In this document: positions 28,718 through 38,250 of the stretch, piece by piece
Numbering within the stretch: the first letter of the stretch is position 1
Layout of the letters: the number at the start of each line of letters is the position of its first letter
Assembly (NCBI GenBank): GCA_002501805.1
Contig: DAOI01000011.1
Span: 7,641 to 71,640 of the forward strand
Length of the DNA stretch: 64,000 nucleotides
Reading direction: 5' to 3'
Source: Euryarchaeota archaeon UBA463
Lineage (GTDB): Archaea > Thermoplasmatota > Poseidoniia > Poseidoniales > Thalassarchaeaceae
Made by a program: the position numbers and the translations under genes
The notes under the pieces: generated by a model
Database searches by the model: none
What the model was told of the DNA's origin: nothing
The model's input: the letters and a program-made list of their open reading frames with translations, nothing else

Positions 28718-30163
28718 TTATAATTCTTTAACAGCAGTATTCAGTTGATTCATCATTTTCTTTCCATCACCGAACAGCATCATGGTTTTATCCATGTAAA
28801 ACAAATCATTGTCCACGCCTGCGTACCCTACTGAGAGACTTCTCTTGATGATAACAACAACTGATGATTTATCGACATCTAATATTGGCATTCCTGCTAA
28901 TGGGCCTTCTCCGGATCTAGAAGCGGGATTGGTAGTATCATTAGCACCTATCACAATGGCTACATCGCAGTCAGGGAACTCGGAATTTATTTCATCCATC
29001 TCGATTAGTTTCTCATAAGGAACGTTTGCCTCAGCTAAAAGGACGTTCATGTGTCCCGGCATCCTTCCTGCTACTGGATGGATAGCATAGAGTACCTCAC
29101 AGTCCATTGATTCCATCAAATCTGCAAATTCCTTTACTGCGTGCTGACTCTGACTGACTGCCATACCGTAGCCTGGCACAACAATGACTTTCTGAGCTCC
29201 GTCAAGCACCATTGCTACTTCTTCTGGATCGCTTCCAACCTTTGTTCTTGTCAATTGATCTTTCTCTCCAGAACCACCAAATGCTTTGAAAAGGACATCA
29301 TAAAGCTCTCTATTCATGGCCTTGCACATTATGAAAGTCAGAATAAGTCCAGCGGCTCCAACCATGGATCCTGCTATGATTAATACATTGTTACCAATTA
29401 CAAAACCAGTAAATGCGGCCGCTATTCCTGATAGTGAGTTTAGTAGGCTTACAACCACAGGCATATCTGCTCCACCAATCGGCAATACGAACAAAATTCC
29501 TAGTAAGGTAGATGTCGCCACCAACGAATATATCCACGTCTTATCTTCTGGCTCATGTATGGTCATGGCGATGAGTGCTATGGATGATAGTAGTAACAGT
29601 ACTTTGACATAATTGAGCCATGGAGGGCCCCAAGTTGGAAATGAAACCCATTTACTTCTTCCTCTGTCGTCCTTCTTACTGAACGGAATATAGAATCCTC
29701 CCTTTAATTTCATCATAGCAACAAGACTACCGGAGAGTGTGATCCATCCAACTAAGGCTGAAAGCCCAATTGCGATCCAGATTGCATATAGCTCAACGCC
29801 AGGTTCTGGGACTCCATCAGATATCCTCTTCAGTACTTCGGATAATCCGACGAGAGCTGAGGCCGCTCCCCCAAACCCATTGAACAGGGCAACTAGTTCG
29901 GGCATCCCCGTCATCTCGACACGAGTTGCCATTAGATAGCCTATCAGAGAGCCAATAGCGAGGCCTCCAACAATGAGTTCCCAGCCAATTATTCCCTCGG
30001 ATTGAAGTTTCAGAAGGGTGACAAGCACTGCAAGTAGCATCCCTTGGGCACCAAGTCTATTGCCAGAGGGAGCTGTTCTAGGACTAGAAAGTCTCTTTAT
30101 CCCTACAATGAACATGGATGCTGACAATAGGTATCCAATGTCCCATATTACAGGATCGACCAT
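28718..30163 (-). CDS. pntB: NAD(P) transhydrogenase subunit beta
   Basis: 481 aa with an N-terminal multi-TM domain and a C-terminal dIII NADP(H) domain (VVPGYGMAVSQSQH, HPVAGRMPGHMNVLLAEA, IGANDTTNP). Confidence 0.9.
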   Translation of the reverse strand: MVDPVIWDIGYLLSASMFIVGIKRLSSPRTAPSGNRLGAQGMLLAVLVTLLKLQSEGIIGWELIVGGLAIGSLIGYLMATRVEMTGMPELVALFNGFGGAASALVGLSEVLKRISDGVPEPGVELYAIWIAIGLSALVGWITLSGSLVAMMKLKGGFYIPFSKKDDRGRSKWVSFPTWGPPWLNYVKVLLLLSSIALIAMTIHEPEDKTWIYSLVATSTLLGILFVLPIGGADMPVVVSLLNSLSGIAAAFTGFVIGNNVLIIAGSMVGAAGLILTFIMCKAMNRELYDVLFKAFGGSGEKDQLTRTKVGSDPEEVAMVLDGAQKVIVVPGYGMAVSQSQHAVKEFADLMESMDCEVLYAIHPVAGRMPGHMNVLLAEANVPYEKLIEMDEINSEFPDCDVAIVIGANDTTNPASRSGEGPLAGMPILDVDKSSVVVIIKRSLSVGYAGVDNDLFYMDKTMMLFGDGKKMMNQLNTAVKEL

Positions 30164-30483
30164 CAGTTGCCACCTCTTCTCTTCTTACCAGCAATCATCT
30201 CCAGCATCCTATTTGTGACCATGAAACCACCGACAACATTTATTGTCGCCATTACTAAAGCTAGGAAAGCCAGAACCGCGGCCAAGGACGTATCCATTCC
30301 ACTAAAACTCTCATTGGAAAGAATTAGTGCCCCTACAATTGTGATTCCAGAGATTGCATTAGCACCGGACATTAGAGGAGTATGCAACGTAGGGGGAACC
30401 TTGCTAATTAGCTCAAATCCTAGAAAAATAGCAAGTACGAATACGGTTATGCTCCCAATCAGTGCGGTTAATGTTAGTGACAC
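30163..30483 (-). CDS. pntAB: NAD(P) transhydrogenase subunit alpha part 2 (membrane)
   Basis: 106 aa with three TM helices (TPLMSGANAISGITIVGA). Start and stop overlap the flanking pnt genes. Confidence 0.85.
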   Translation of the reverse strand: MSLTLTALIGSITVFVLAIFLGFELISKVPPTLHTPLMSGANAISGITIVGALILSNESFSGMDTSLAAVLAFLALVMATINVVGGFMVTNRMLEMIAGKKRRGGN

Positions 30484-31640
30484 TACAAAATTCCCCCCAG
30501 TCTAGTTTGATTTTTATGCAATTCACCTGAACTGCATATTAGAACGCCCCCCATGCCTTCTACGAAGAAGTCGGAGTCTTCAGATGGGCCAACTAAAATA
30601 TCGTCTTCGGAGTCTAAAATTAGACCATCGTCCCCAGATATTGAAATAACGAAATTAGTGATATTGTTGGAGTAGAGCATACTAGCTGATGAGGGGATTG
30701 TCCCTGCAAGATTCTTAATTCCAATAATTTTCACTCCGTGTTTGACAACTGTTTCACCCGGAGAAGTCAGCTCGCAATTTCCGCCGACATCGGCATTCAT
30801 ATCTACAATCACTGTACCTTTCTTGAAGGAGCGCACGGCAGATTCGGGAATCGTGATGGGTGCGGGTCTGCCAAAAATTCTAGCTGTAGTAACTATGACA
30901 TCGGCATCACTGGCTACTTCACACACAGTATCATTTACCTTCTGGATAAATTCTGGCGTAAGGGGCTTAGCGTATCCGGACTCATCTTCGAAATCATCCA
31001 TGCCCTCAACTTCGATGAATCTGCCACCTACAGATTCAATCTGTTCGGCCGCAGATTTTCTAACATCAGATGCATATACTATCGCTCCAATTCGCTTAGC
31101 GGTTGCTATAGCCTGAAGTCCTGCAACACCACTGCCCATGATTACAAACTTTGCTGGCTTTACAGTTCCCGCACTGGTAGTCATCATTGGTATTGCCTTG
31201 GGAACCTCCGATGCACCGATCAACACTGCTTTGTATCCAGATAAATTGTCTTGGCTAGAGTTTACATCCATAGATTGAGCTCTAGACAGCCTTCTTGGTA
31301 TCATATCCATACTGATCAATGTAATGCCAGAAGAGATGGCTTGCCTAACAGTATCTGGGTTCCTGAAAGGGTCAGCTACGCAAATTAGTACAGTGCCTTC
31401 GGAGATTCCTGACAAATCAGGAGTCCTGATGGACACTATCGTTTCACAGGATAATACATCTTCCCTTGAGCATATCTTGCCACCTCTTCCCTCATACTCC
31501 TCATTCGAGTGGTTTGCAGTGACTCCGGCATCTTTCTCTATGAATACTTCAAATCCAGACTTGGATAATTTGAGAATAGAGTTGGGCACTAAAGCTACTC
31601 TCATCTCCCCTTCTGGCTCTCTGAGAACTCCTAGTCGCAT
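30483..31640 (-). CDS. pntAA: NAD(P) transhydrogenase subunit alpha part 1 (dI, AlaDH/PNT fold)
   Basis: EMRVALVP, SGYKAVLIGA and VIMGSGVAGLQAIATAKRIGA (NAD site). 385 aa. Confidence 0.9.
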   Translation of the reverse strand: MRLGVLREPEGEMRVALVPNSILKLSKSGFEVFIEKDAGVTANHSNEEYEGRGGKICSREDVLSCETIVSIRTPDLSGISEGTVLICVADPFRNPDTVRQAISSGITLISMDMIPRRLSRAQSMDVNSSQDNLSGYKAVLIGASEVPKAIPMMTTSAGTVKPAKFVIMGSGVAGLQAIATAKRIGAIVYASDVRKSAAEQIESVGGRFIEVEGMDDFEDESGYAKPLTPEFIQKVNDTVCEVASDADVIVTTARIFGRPAPITIPESAVRSFKKGTVIVDMNADVGGNCELTSPGETVVKHGVKIIGIKNLAGTIPSSASMLYSNNITNFVISISGDDGLILDSEDDILVGPSEDSDFFVEGMGGVLICSSGELHKNQTRLGGIL

Positions 31641-31863
31641 AATATCACTCGTAGGTCTAAGACCAAGATTAAACTTCCGAGATGTTGGCGCTTATTGAAA
31701 CCGTCGGCTCACTATTCTCATTGTCCATGAACGATATTCCGAAGGCCCATACGGAATGTTCTGTCGCAAAGTGCTAATACTCCAATCACTACCGCCGGTA
31801 CGAGGGGAGATAGTGTCCACAGATTCTACTAAAAATACGGACGTTGATGTTACGAAAGGCTGT

Positions 31864-32844
31864 ATGAATAAATCAATTCGTGTTGCTGTTACAGGAGCAG
31901 CTGGAAACATTGGTTATGCTCTGTTGTGGAGGATAGCGAGCGGGGATTGTTTTGGACCGACCCAACCGGTTAATCTGCAGCTTCTCGAGATACCACCTGG
32001 TATGCAACGTCTGGATGGAGTAATGATGGAGCTGAATGACTCTGCATTTCCTCTTATCCACGGCATAATAGGTACAGATGATCCCAATATTGCATTTCAA
32101 GATGCAGATGTGATTTTTCTAGTTGGTTCACGGCCCAGAACTAAAGACATGGACAGATCTGATCTGGTAGCGGCAAATGGGCCTATTTTTGTCGGACAGG
32201 GTAAGGCGATAGAATCGGTAGCGTCCCCGAGTGTGAAGGTAATTACGGTGGGTAACCCCTGCAATACTAATGCACTGATAGCCTGTGCTAATGCACCGAG
32301 TATACCTTCTCGGCAGTTTACTGCAATGACTCGCCTAGATCAGAATAGAGCTGTTGGGCAAATAGCAGAACGCGCCGGAGTTCCTGCTTCAGACATTAGA
32401 GATGTATTCATCTGGGGCAATCATGCCAATACAATGTATCCGGACCCTCGTTTCGCTACCATTGAGGGCGTGCCCATAACTGACCTGTTTGACTCAGAAT
32501 GGTTGCAAGGCCAGTTCATAGAAACTGTTTCAACTCGTGGAAAGGCCATCATTGTAGCTAGGGGGGCATCTTCTGCAGCCTCTGCGGCATCAGCTGCTAT
32601 AGACCATATGAGGGACTGGTGGCAGGGATCTAACGGCCGAATAGTATCTATGGCCATTCCCTCTGAGGGATGGTACGGCGTTCCTGAAGGAATAGTTTTC
32701 AGTTTCCCATGTAGATGTGAAAATGGAGATATTATGGTAGTCGAAGACCTTCCTATAGATGCATTTACACAGTCAAAGATAGATGAGAATATTGCAGTCC
32801 TTTTGGAAGAAAGAAATGCGGTCAGCGAACTATTGAGAAGTTAG
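31864..32844 (+). CDS. mdh: malate dehydrogenase (NAD-dependent, dimeric cytosolic/Thermus-type clade)
   Basis: [32 protein letters not shown] and [12 protein letters not shown] motifs. The start is set at the ATG at 31864. The ORF-track start at 31756 adds 36 unrelated residues. Confidence 0.9.
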   Translation: MNKSIRVAVTGAAGNIGYALLWRIASGDCFGPTQPVNLQLLEIPPGMQRLDGVMMELNDSAFPLIHGIIGTDDPNIAFQDADVIFLVGSRPRTKDMDRSDLVAANGPIFVGQGKAIESVASPSVKVITVGNPCNTNALIACANAPSIPSRQFTAMTRLDQNRAVGQIAERAGVPASDIRDVFIWGNHANTMYPDPRFATIEGVPITDLFDSEWLQGQFIETVSTRGKAIIVARGASSAASAASAAIDHMRDWWQGSNGRIVSMAIPSEGWYGVPEGIVFSFPCRCENGDIMVVEDLPIDAFTQSKIDENIAVLLEERNAVSELLRS

Positions 32845-33615
32845 ATGGGTGTATCAATGGGCAAGCATGTTTACCTAGAGTCGGATGGTAAACTGCTGTT
32901 AGTGTACAGTGATGGCAGTGGTCCAGCAATCCCCCAGATGGGAAGAGTTGAATATGATTCGAGCTCAGAACTGATACGCTTACCGACTGCAGAGGAGTTA
33001 GAGAGTTTTGGAATTCCCTGGGAAGAGATTCGTACCAACAGGTTTAGACTTGCTCAGGAGGACCATGTCGTAACTCACGGAAAGCCGCTAATTGACTGGC
33101 CGGGCGAATGGGCATGGAAGGATTCTGTAATTAGTGATAATGCCGTTGACCCGGTTGCTAGAGAATCCGTATACAGAACTATACACAGAGTAGTCAGTAA
33201 GGTACTAATTTTGAATTCGAAAAGAGAGGTTTTGATGGCGAAGGTTTCAAGAGGATTTTTTACGGGTTGCTGGACACTTCCGGGTGGTTTCGTCGATTAT
33301 GGTGAGCACCCTCGAGAAGCGGCAATCAGGGAAGCCAAAGAGGAGCTTGGTATTGATATCGCTATTGAAGATCCTAAGGGTGAAACTGGCGAGTCTTTTG
33401 GTGATGACGATGGCGCATATATCCGTGAAGAAATTTTTACTGAGGATGGGATAAATTGGATTTCATTTACGTACAAATGCCATGCAGAAATCGAGCATGA
33501 AGAAATTACTCCTAAGCAAGATGAGATTGAGGAGGCGATGTGGTTCAGCATCTCAGATGCTATAGATAATGCAGTATCTATATTTGATATTGAGGCACTT
33601 AATAGACTGAAATAA
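32845..33615 (+). CDS. NUDIX hydrolase with an N-terminal domain of unknown function
   Basis: Nudix box [24 protein letters not shown] in the C-terminal half. Confidence 0.85.
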   Translation: MGVSMGKHVYLESDGKLLLVYSDGSGPAIPQMGRVEYDSSSELIRLPTAEELESFGIPWEEIRTNRFRLAQEDHVVTHGKPLIDWPGEWAWKDSVISDNAVDPVARESVYRTIHRVVSKVLILNSKREVLMAKVSRGFFTGCWTLPGGFVDYGEHPREAAIREAKEELGIDIAIEDPKGETGESFGDDDGAYIREEIFTEDGINWISFTYKCHAEIEHEEITPKQDEIEEAMWFSISDAIDNAVSIFDIEALNRLK

Positions 33616-33693
33616 TGGTGGGCCCGCCTGGATTCGAACCAGGGTCAAATGCTCCCAAAGCATCTAGCATAGACCAGACTAACCCACGGGCCC
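33616..33693 (-). tRNA. tRNA-Pro (anticodon UGG), CCA encoded
   Basis: The minus strand reads GGGCCCG-UG-GGUU-AGUCUGGUCUA-UGCU-A-GAUGC-UUUGGGA-GCAUU-UGAC-CCUGG-UUCGAAU-CCAGG-CGGGCCC-A-CCA. This is a full cloverleaf with the T-loop UUCGAAU and the anticodon loop UU-UGG-GA. Confidence 0.9.
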
Positions 33694-33726
33694 CTATGGA
33701 TGCGCAAGGCATCTCTTGAATGAACG

Positions 33727-34161
33727 TTACTGGAGAACCGACCAAGAGTTATTTGGATTTCTAAGAACCATAGAAGATGTTTCTAGAAGCTCCATCAACC
33801 TCTCTGGACTCATTTTTTCGAGGTTTAATGTAATCATTGATTCATTTACTGAGCTAAGAGTGACTGAGTCATCCGGTAGTTTGGCAAGAGACAAAATTTT
33901 CTGGATATCATCACTGGTAAGTCCCTCGTTGGAACGTTCAGATTTTTCATATGATGCTAATCTTGATGATAGCTCACTGATAATCTCATCAGGAACATTT
34001 GCCTTGGACACCGCATCCCTTAATTCTGAAGATGAGGAGAAGGATTTGATAGTGGATAGAGATGTTTTTTTGTTACATCTTGGGCATTTGGAATTTGAGT
34101 TGGACCTGGATCCGAAATTCCTTCCGCATTGGCATCTCAGCATTACCCAAATACCTCCCAT
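33727..34161 (-). CDS. zinc-ribbon protein (DUF1922-like N-terminus), unknown function
   Basis: CQCGRNF...CPRCNKK ribbon followed by a helical domain. I preferred the minus frame over the mirror ORF 33716..34195 (+), whose Ser/Leu-rich translation looks like antisense. The start is uncertain (34161 or 34143). Confidence 0.5.
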   Translation of the reverse strand: MGGIWVMLRCQCGRNFGSRSNSNSKCPRCNKKTSLSTIKSFSSSSELRDAVSKANVPDEIISELSSRLASYEKSERSNEGLTSDDIQKILSLAKLPDDSVTLSSVNESMITLNLEKMSPERLMELLETSSMVLRNPNNSWSVLQ

Positions 34162-34224
34162 GAATTTGAATAAAATCCGAGGTACAAGAGGTTGACTGAT
34201 TAATCCCAACCCAGACAGAGTACT

Positions 34225-34494
34225 ATGAGTGGCGTTATTCGAGCGATTGGCTGGATAGTTTCTCTAGTCTTAATCATACTATCTTTGTATTCCATAATAT
34301 CATCCGGAGAAGTAGGGCATCAATCTTGGATTTTCCTGCTATTAATACCATTTTCCGTTTCATTAGCACTATCATCTAAAGGAGGAGAAATTGATCCACA
34401 CAATATCTCTGAAGAATGGGATGAGGATGAAAAGGCCGATGTTGAGAAGAATCTTCAAGCCGGAGACTTTGGATTCGATACGCCCGTTCTTTAA
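34225..34494 (+). CDS. small two-TM membrane protein with acidic tail
   Basis: 89 aa with two hydrophobic helices (IGWIVSLVLIILSLYSII; WIFLLLIPFSVSLAL) and an acidic C-terminus. Confidence 0.35.
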   Translation: MSGVIRAIGWIVSLVLIILSLYSIISSGEVGHQSWIFLLLIPFSVSLALSSKGGEIDPHNISEEWDEDEKADVEKNLQAGDFGFDTPVL

Positions 34495-36414
34495 TCACAC
34501 CAGGCGGAGGGTTTCAAGATTATCAGGCGCATATGTCTGTACTTTGAATCTCTCTCTAAGTCCTTTTCTGAAGGCGTTGCAGGTTTGTGGATCTCCATGG
34601 TGACAAATTATCTTCCTAGGGGTGGGGTTTAGCGCTTTGACATAGTCCATTAGCTGATTTCTATCTGAGTGTCCACTGAACCCGTCGATAATCACCATAT
34701 TGCAACGAACATCGATCATTAGCGTCTGGCCTTTGTCGACCAAAGGAACTTGCGAGTGTCCATCTTGGAGCCTCCTCCCCAGGGTTCCAGATGCCTGATA
34801 TCCTACGAAGCAAAGTGTATTTCCTGGTTCGGGGGCCCAGTACTTGAAATATTCAACAATTGGGCCACCTGTCATCATTCCGCTTGTTGCCAAGACAATG
34901 CAGGGTGTTGGGTCTAGAAGTATTGATTCTCTTTGTTCCCTAGACTCGACTTGCCTAAACCACTTTGAATTAAATGGGTTCTCAGAGCCTCCTCTCAGCA
35001 TCTTTCCTCTGAGGTCCTTATTCAGATAGTTGGGATGGCTAGTGTGAATGGCTGTCGCCTCTGAAATCATTCCGTCTAGCCAGACAGTAACTGGCGTAAC
35101 CTTCTCAGATTTGAATAGTTCATCAATGGCCATCATTACCTCTTGTGATCTCCCCACTGCAAATACAGGGCAGAAAATTTTACCCTTTCTTGATAAGGTA
35201 TCTATGATCAAATCTTGTAGATCTTGAGTAGCTTGTTGCCTGGTTGGTTGGATACTCTGTGGGCCACCATATGTGGATTCTATTACTAGCGTGTCAACCT
35301 TGTTGAATCTAACTGTAGCCGCGTCGAATAACCAAGATTTCTCATATTTTATATCTCCAGAGAATAGTAGTTTGTGCTCAGTTCTACCTTCACCAATTTG
35401 CATGTAGACACTTGACGAGCCGAGAATATGTCCAGCGTTTTCCATGGTTATTTTAATGTCAGGAGCTATGTCTGTCTTCTCTCCCCAATTTACATCGACC
35501 ACATGTTTGATACATTCCTGAATATCGGATTTTGAGTATGGGGCTTCATTTCCTTCTGCTTGTGCCACTTTAATATAATCCATCTGTAATAGAGTCATTA
35601 AATCCCTAGTTGGTTGAGTGCAGTAAACAGGACCTTTGTAACCATATCTGAATAGAACCGGGAGCATCCCAATATGATCAACGTGAGCGTGAGTGATTAC
35701 GACGGCGTCGATATTATCCAGGGGAAGCATCTCAGGGGCGGCAAAGAAAGGTTGGACCTCACTTCTGTTACTAGTTGGTTTTGCACCGCAATCAACAAGA
35801 ACCTTGGACTCATTGGTAGTAACCAGATGCATAGCTCTTCCAACCTCTCTGTATGAGCCGAGTGCGGTAACCCTGACCCACGATGGACCGGGCCTTTGAG
35901 GCCTGTATATCCTAGTGCCAAATTTTCTGAGGAGAGTTTTCCTTTCATCGGCTAGCTCTTTTCTGAATCTCCTAATATCCGTCTGAGTCCTGCTTTCTCT
36001 CGCAGGTGCCCTAACAACGTTTACCAGCCATCCAATATCGTTTCTAAGCTGTTGGATGTTAGCTCCTTTCTGACCTACTGCTGACTTGGGGTCATCAGCT
36101 TCAATTGTGACTTCAGATAAAGCTGGATCTAGCCAGATTCGTCTAATTAGAGCTTCTTCTGGCATTATTCTTGAAACCGCATCATTAACCTCACTCTCAC
36201 TTGAAAGTAGATCTGGATGTGGCCTGATAACAACTCTTCTTCTTATGGCCTTAGCGATCTTAACTGTAAGGCTCTGCCCTCCTGCTCCTCCGAATGATGC
36301 AGGATCCTTAGTAATAACAGAAATAGAGCCAGCTTCCAGATCAACGTCATATTCTGTTCCTTCGGGAACAATTTTTCTAATTTTATTCTTAATTTCTGAG
36401 AAAGTAAGCCTCAT
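34495..36414 (-). CDS. archaeal CPSF1-type beta-CASP ribonuclease (KH domains plus metallo-beta-lactamase)
   Basis: N-terminal KH-like region (IAKAIRRRVVIRP; GQKGANIQQLRNDIGW), the MBL motif ITHAHVDHIG and beta-CASP C-terminal motifs (SGHSD, HHGD). 639 aa. Confidence 0.9.
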   Translation of the reverse strand: MRLTFSEIKNKIRKIVPEGTEYDVDLEAGSISVITKDPASFGGAGGQSLTVKIAKAIRRRVVIRPHPDLLSSESEVNDAVSRIMPEEALIRRIWLDPALSEVTIEADDPKSAVGQKGANIQQLRNDIGWLVNVVRAPARESRTQTDIRRFRKELADERKTLLRKFGTRIYRPQRPGPSWVRVTALGSYREVGRAMHLVTTNESKVLVDCGAKPTSNRSEVQPFFAAPEMLPLDNIDAVVITHAHVDHIGMLPVLFRYGYKGPVYCTQPTRDLMTLLQMDYIKVAQAEGNEAPYSKSDIQECIKHVVDVNWGEKTDIAPDIKITMENAGHILGSSSVYMQIGEGRTEHKLLFSGDIKYEKSWLFDAATVRFNKVDTLVIESTYGGPQSIQPTRQQATQDLQDLIIDTLSRKGKIFCPVFAVGRSQEVMMAIDELFKSEKVTPVTVWLDGMISEATAIHTSHPNYLNKDLRGKMLRGGSENPFNSKWFRQVESREQRESILLDPTPCIVLATSGMMTGGPIVEYFKYWAPEPGNTLCFVGYQASGTLGRRLQDGHSQVPLVDKGQTLMIDVRCNMVIIDGFSGHSDRNQLMDYVKALNPTPRKIICHHGDPQTCNAFRKGLRERFKVQTYAPDNLETLRLV

Positions 36415-36478
36415 TATTTCACTTCCTGCTCACGCTAGCTTTCCTGTTAACAACAGGTAAGTGCACTAAGCGTGAATT

Positions 36479-37132
36479 TCAAAGAGCTTTGATGAGATTG
36501 GAAACCTCATCTTCTGACAATTGTCTAAAGCCAGATTCTGGAGTAATTACAGCGAGATCCATGCCATTACCGCTAGCGGCATCTCTCTGTGCTGATGCTA
36601 ACAGTGCCTTTGCGGCAACCCTAAGGGCTTCCTTCTCAGACATATCGAGTTTGAATTGATCTTCCAGAACTCCATACATGTAAGGACTGCCTGACCCAGT
36701 AGCGCAGTAAACATCTGGAATGGATCCGCCTGCAGAGTCTATGCTGTAAACACTCGACCCTGAACTGTCGACTCCTACGATAAGTAATTGGACATAGTGT
36801 GGCCTACCAACTAGAATATTGGCAGTTAATGTTGCTGCCCCTTTGACAGTCATCGGTTTACCCTGCTTTAGCTCATACAGCTTCAATTCGGCAGATAGAG
36901 TTCTAGAGAGGGATTGTGCATGGCCCACAAGGCCAGCGGTAGTTAGAGCAACATAGTCTGAAATATCGAACAATTTCTTGACACTCTTGTTTGCAATGAA
37001 GTGCCCCATGGTAGCCCTATGATCTGCACCGACTACTACGCCGCCATCAAAGGTAATTCCAATAGTACTGGTACCTGTCTTAACTGCATCAAGTGTGGGA
37101 TCCATAGTGTCACCGCCGGTGAGTGCCGACAA
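36479..37132 (-). CDS. psmB: proteasome subunit beta
   Basis: Propeptide followed by G/TSTIGITFDGGVVVGADHRATMG, with the active-site Thr after the processing Gly. 217 aa. Confidence 0.9.
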   Translation of the reverse strand: MSALTGGDTMDPTLDAVKTGTSTIGITFDGGVVVGADHRATMGHFIANKSVKKLFDISDYVALTTAGLVGHAQSLSRTLSAELKLYELKQGKPMTVKGAATLTANILVGRPHYVQLLIVGVDSSGSSVYSIDSAGGSIPDVYCATGSGSPYMYGVLEDQFKLDMSEKEALRVAAKALLASAQRDAASGNGMDLAVITPESGFRQLSEDEVSNLIKAL

Positions 37133-37255
37133 CCTCTTCTCAGGACAGCCCCTTATGAATCCGACGGGACCAAGGTTTGAGAAAACCCCTAACTTGCTAT
37201 TCTAATCGTAGGTTGGGACCGGATAAATCAAGGAGCATCTGTATTTTGCAGAGAC

Positions 37256-37645
37256 GTGGCAAGAGGGGGGCGTAAGGAGCCGAAGTGGATTGAGGTGAGA
37301 GAATCTGAGCCAAATGTGGACACTATGGCCCCAGGCCAAGATTATCACGACCTCGGAACTTCTTACCCCGATGCACCCGTTCCAAGAGTCGTTGGCGACG
37401 TTGTTATCAGGAGGTGCGAACTTGATGACCTAACTGGAATCTCTGAATTGATGAATTGGATTTCTGATGGCGATATGGTGATAGTAAAGATGGGTGAAAT
37501 AATAAAAAATGACCTAGAGCTCAATGTGGCTGTAAATAAAATTCAAAGATTTGTTGAAGACGATATAGCTGGCGAGGTTGTCAGACTAGGAGATAGGCGT
37601 CTACTACTTCTGCCTTCGAGCTTCACGAGTGGAATTAGTAATTGA
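37256..37645 (+). CDS. sepF: SepF-like cell-division protein (DUF552)
   Basis: The C-terminal block DDLTGISELMNWISDGDMVIVKMGEI...AVNKIQRFVEDDIAGEVVRLGDRRLLLLP fits the SepF fold pattern. The annotated start is GTG, so the true start is uncertain. Confidence 0.6.
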   Translation: MARGGRKEPKWIEVRESEPNVDTMAPGQDYHDLGTSYPDAPVPRVVGDVVIRRCELDDLTGISELMNWISDGDMVIVKMGEIIKNDLELNVAVNKIQRFVEDDIAGEVVRLGDRRLLLLPSSFTSGISN

Positions 37646-37653
37646 GGGTCATT

Positions 37654-38250
37654 ATGGAGAGTCAGGTAGAGCAGTCATGCCCGATTTGTGGTACGGAGAA
37701 TAGTCTTAAGATGTTGGCACACACCTCTGAAATACCTTATTTTGGAGAGCACACGCAAATCACAATGTCGTGCCATAGTTGTGGTTGGAGAGTTACCGAT
37801 TTTATACCAGCTGAGGGGAAGAAGGCCGGTTCATGGAAATTAGTTGTAAGTTCTACGGAGCACATTAGTTCTAGGGTAGTAAGATCGTCCTCGTGTACTG
37901 TAAGGATAGTTGAGCTTGGTCTGGAGGTAACTCCGGGTTCGAGTTCTACTGGATATATATCCAATGTAGAGGGCGTTTTAGATAGATTTTCTAGTGCAAT
38001 AGGAACGATTAGGAGACAGGCGGATGCGGAAGGGGATGGAGATATTTTGAAAAAATGCGATGAGCTTCTTTCGAAGATTGATATGGTAAAGAATGGTCGC
38101 CTCACTGTAACTTTGGAACTACTCGATCCTGTTGGCCACAGTCAAATTCTACATGAAGAGGCTGTATCTTCAGAAATTTCAGATGAGGATGCAAGGGAAT
38201 TGGATCCGGGGCCGGTATATCCAGTTTTTGATGTCTCAAGTGATAATTAG
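37654..38250 (+). CDS. ZPR1-type zinc-finger protein
   Basis: CPICG...(x27)...CHSCGW ribbon followed by a ZPR1-like beta domain. The ATG at 37654 lies 8 nt after the sepF stop. Confidence 0.7.
   Translation: MESQVEQSCPICGTENSLKMLAHTSEIPYFGEHTQITMSCHSCGWRVTDFIPAEGKKAGSWKLVVSSTEHISSRVVRSSSCTVRIVELGLEVTPGSSSTGYISNVEGVLDRFSSAIGTIRRQADAEGDGDILKKCDELLSKIDMVKNGRLTVTLELLDPVGHSQILHEEAVSSEISDEDARELDPGPVYPVFDVSSDN

Noticed and set aside
30738-31698. Plus-strand ORFs (168, 124 and 124 aa) opposite pntAA. Similar antisense ORFs lie opposite the MMPL gene, rpoA1 and pntB.
   Set aside because: Each is nested inside a strongly supported gene on the other strand and shows no recognisable motifs. The dense set of such shadow ORFs is consistent with codon-bias artefacts.
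31746-31767. Small inverted repeat ATTCCG-N10-CGGAAT in the pntAA/mdh divergent region, and swapped GGGACC/AGGTT repeats at 37160..37225 upstream of psmB/sepF
   Set aside because: The arms are short (6 bp) and expected many times by chance in 64 kb. There is no associated regulator and no second copy.
33716-34195. 159-aa plus-strand ORF exactly mirroring the minus-strand ORF 33727..34209
   Set aside because: The minus frame encodes a plausible CxxC...CxxC zinc ribbon plus a helical domain. The plus frame is Ser/Leu-rich with no features, so it is most likely an antisense artefact. This remains uncertain without homology searches.
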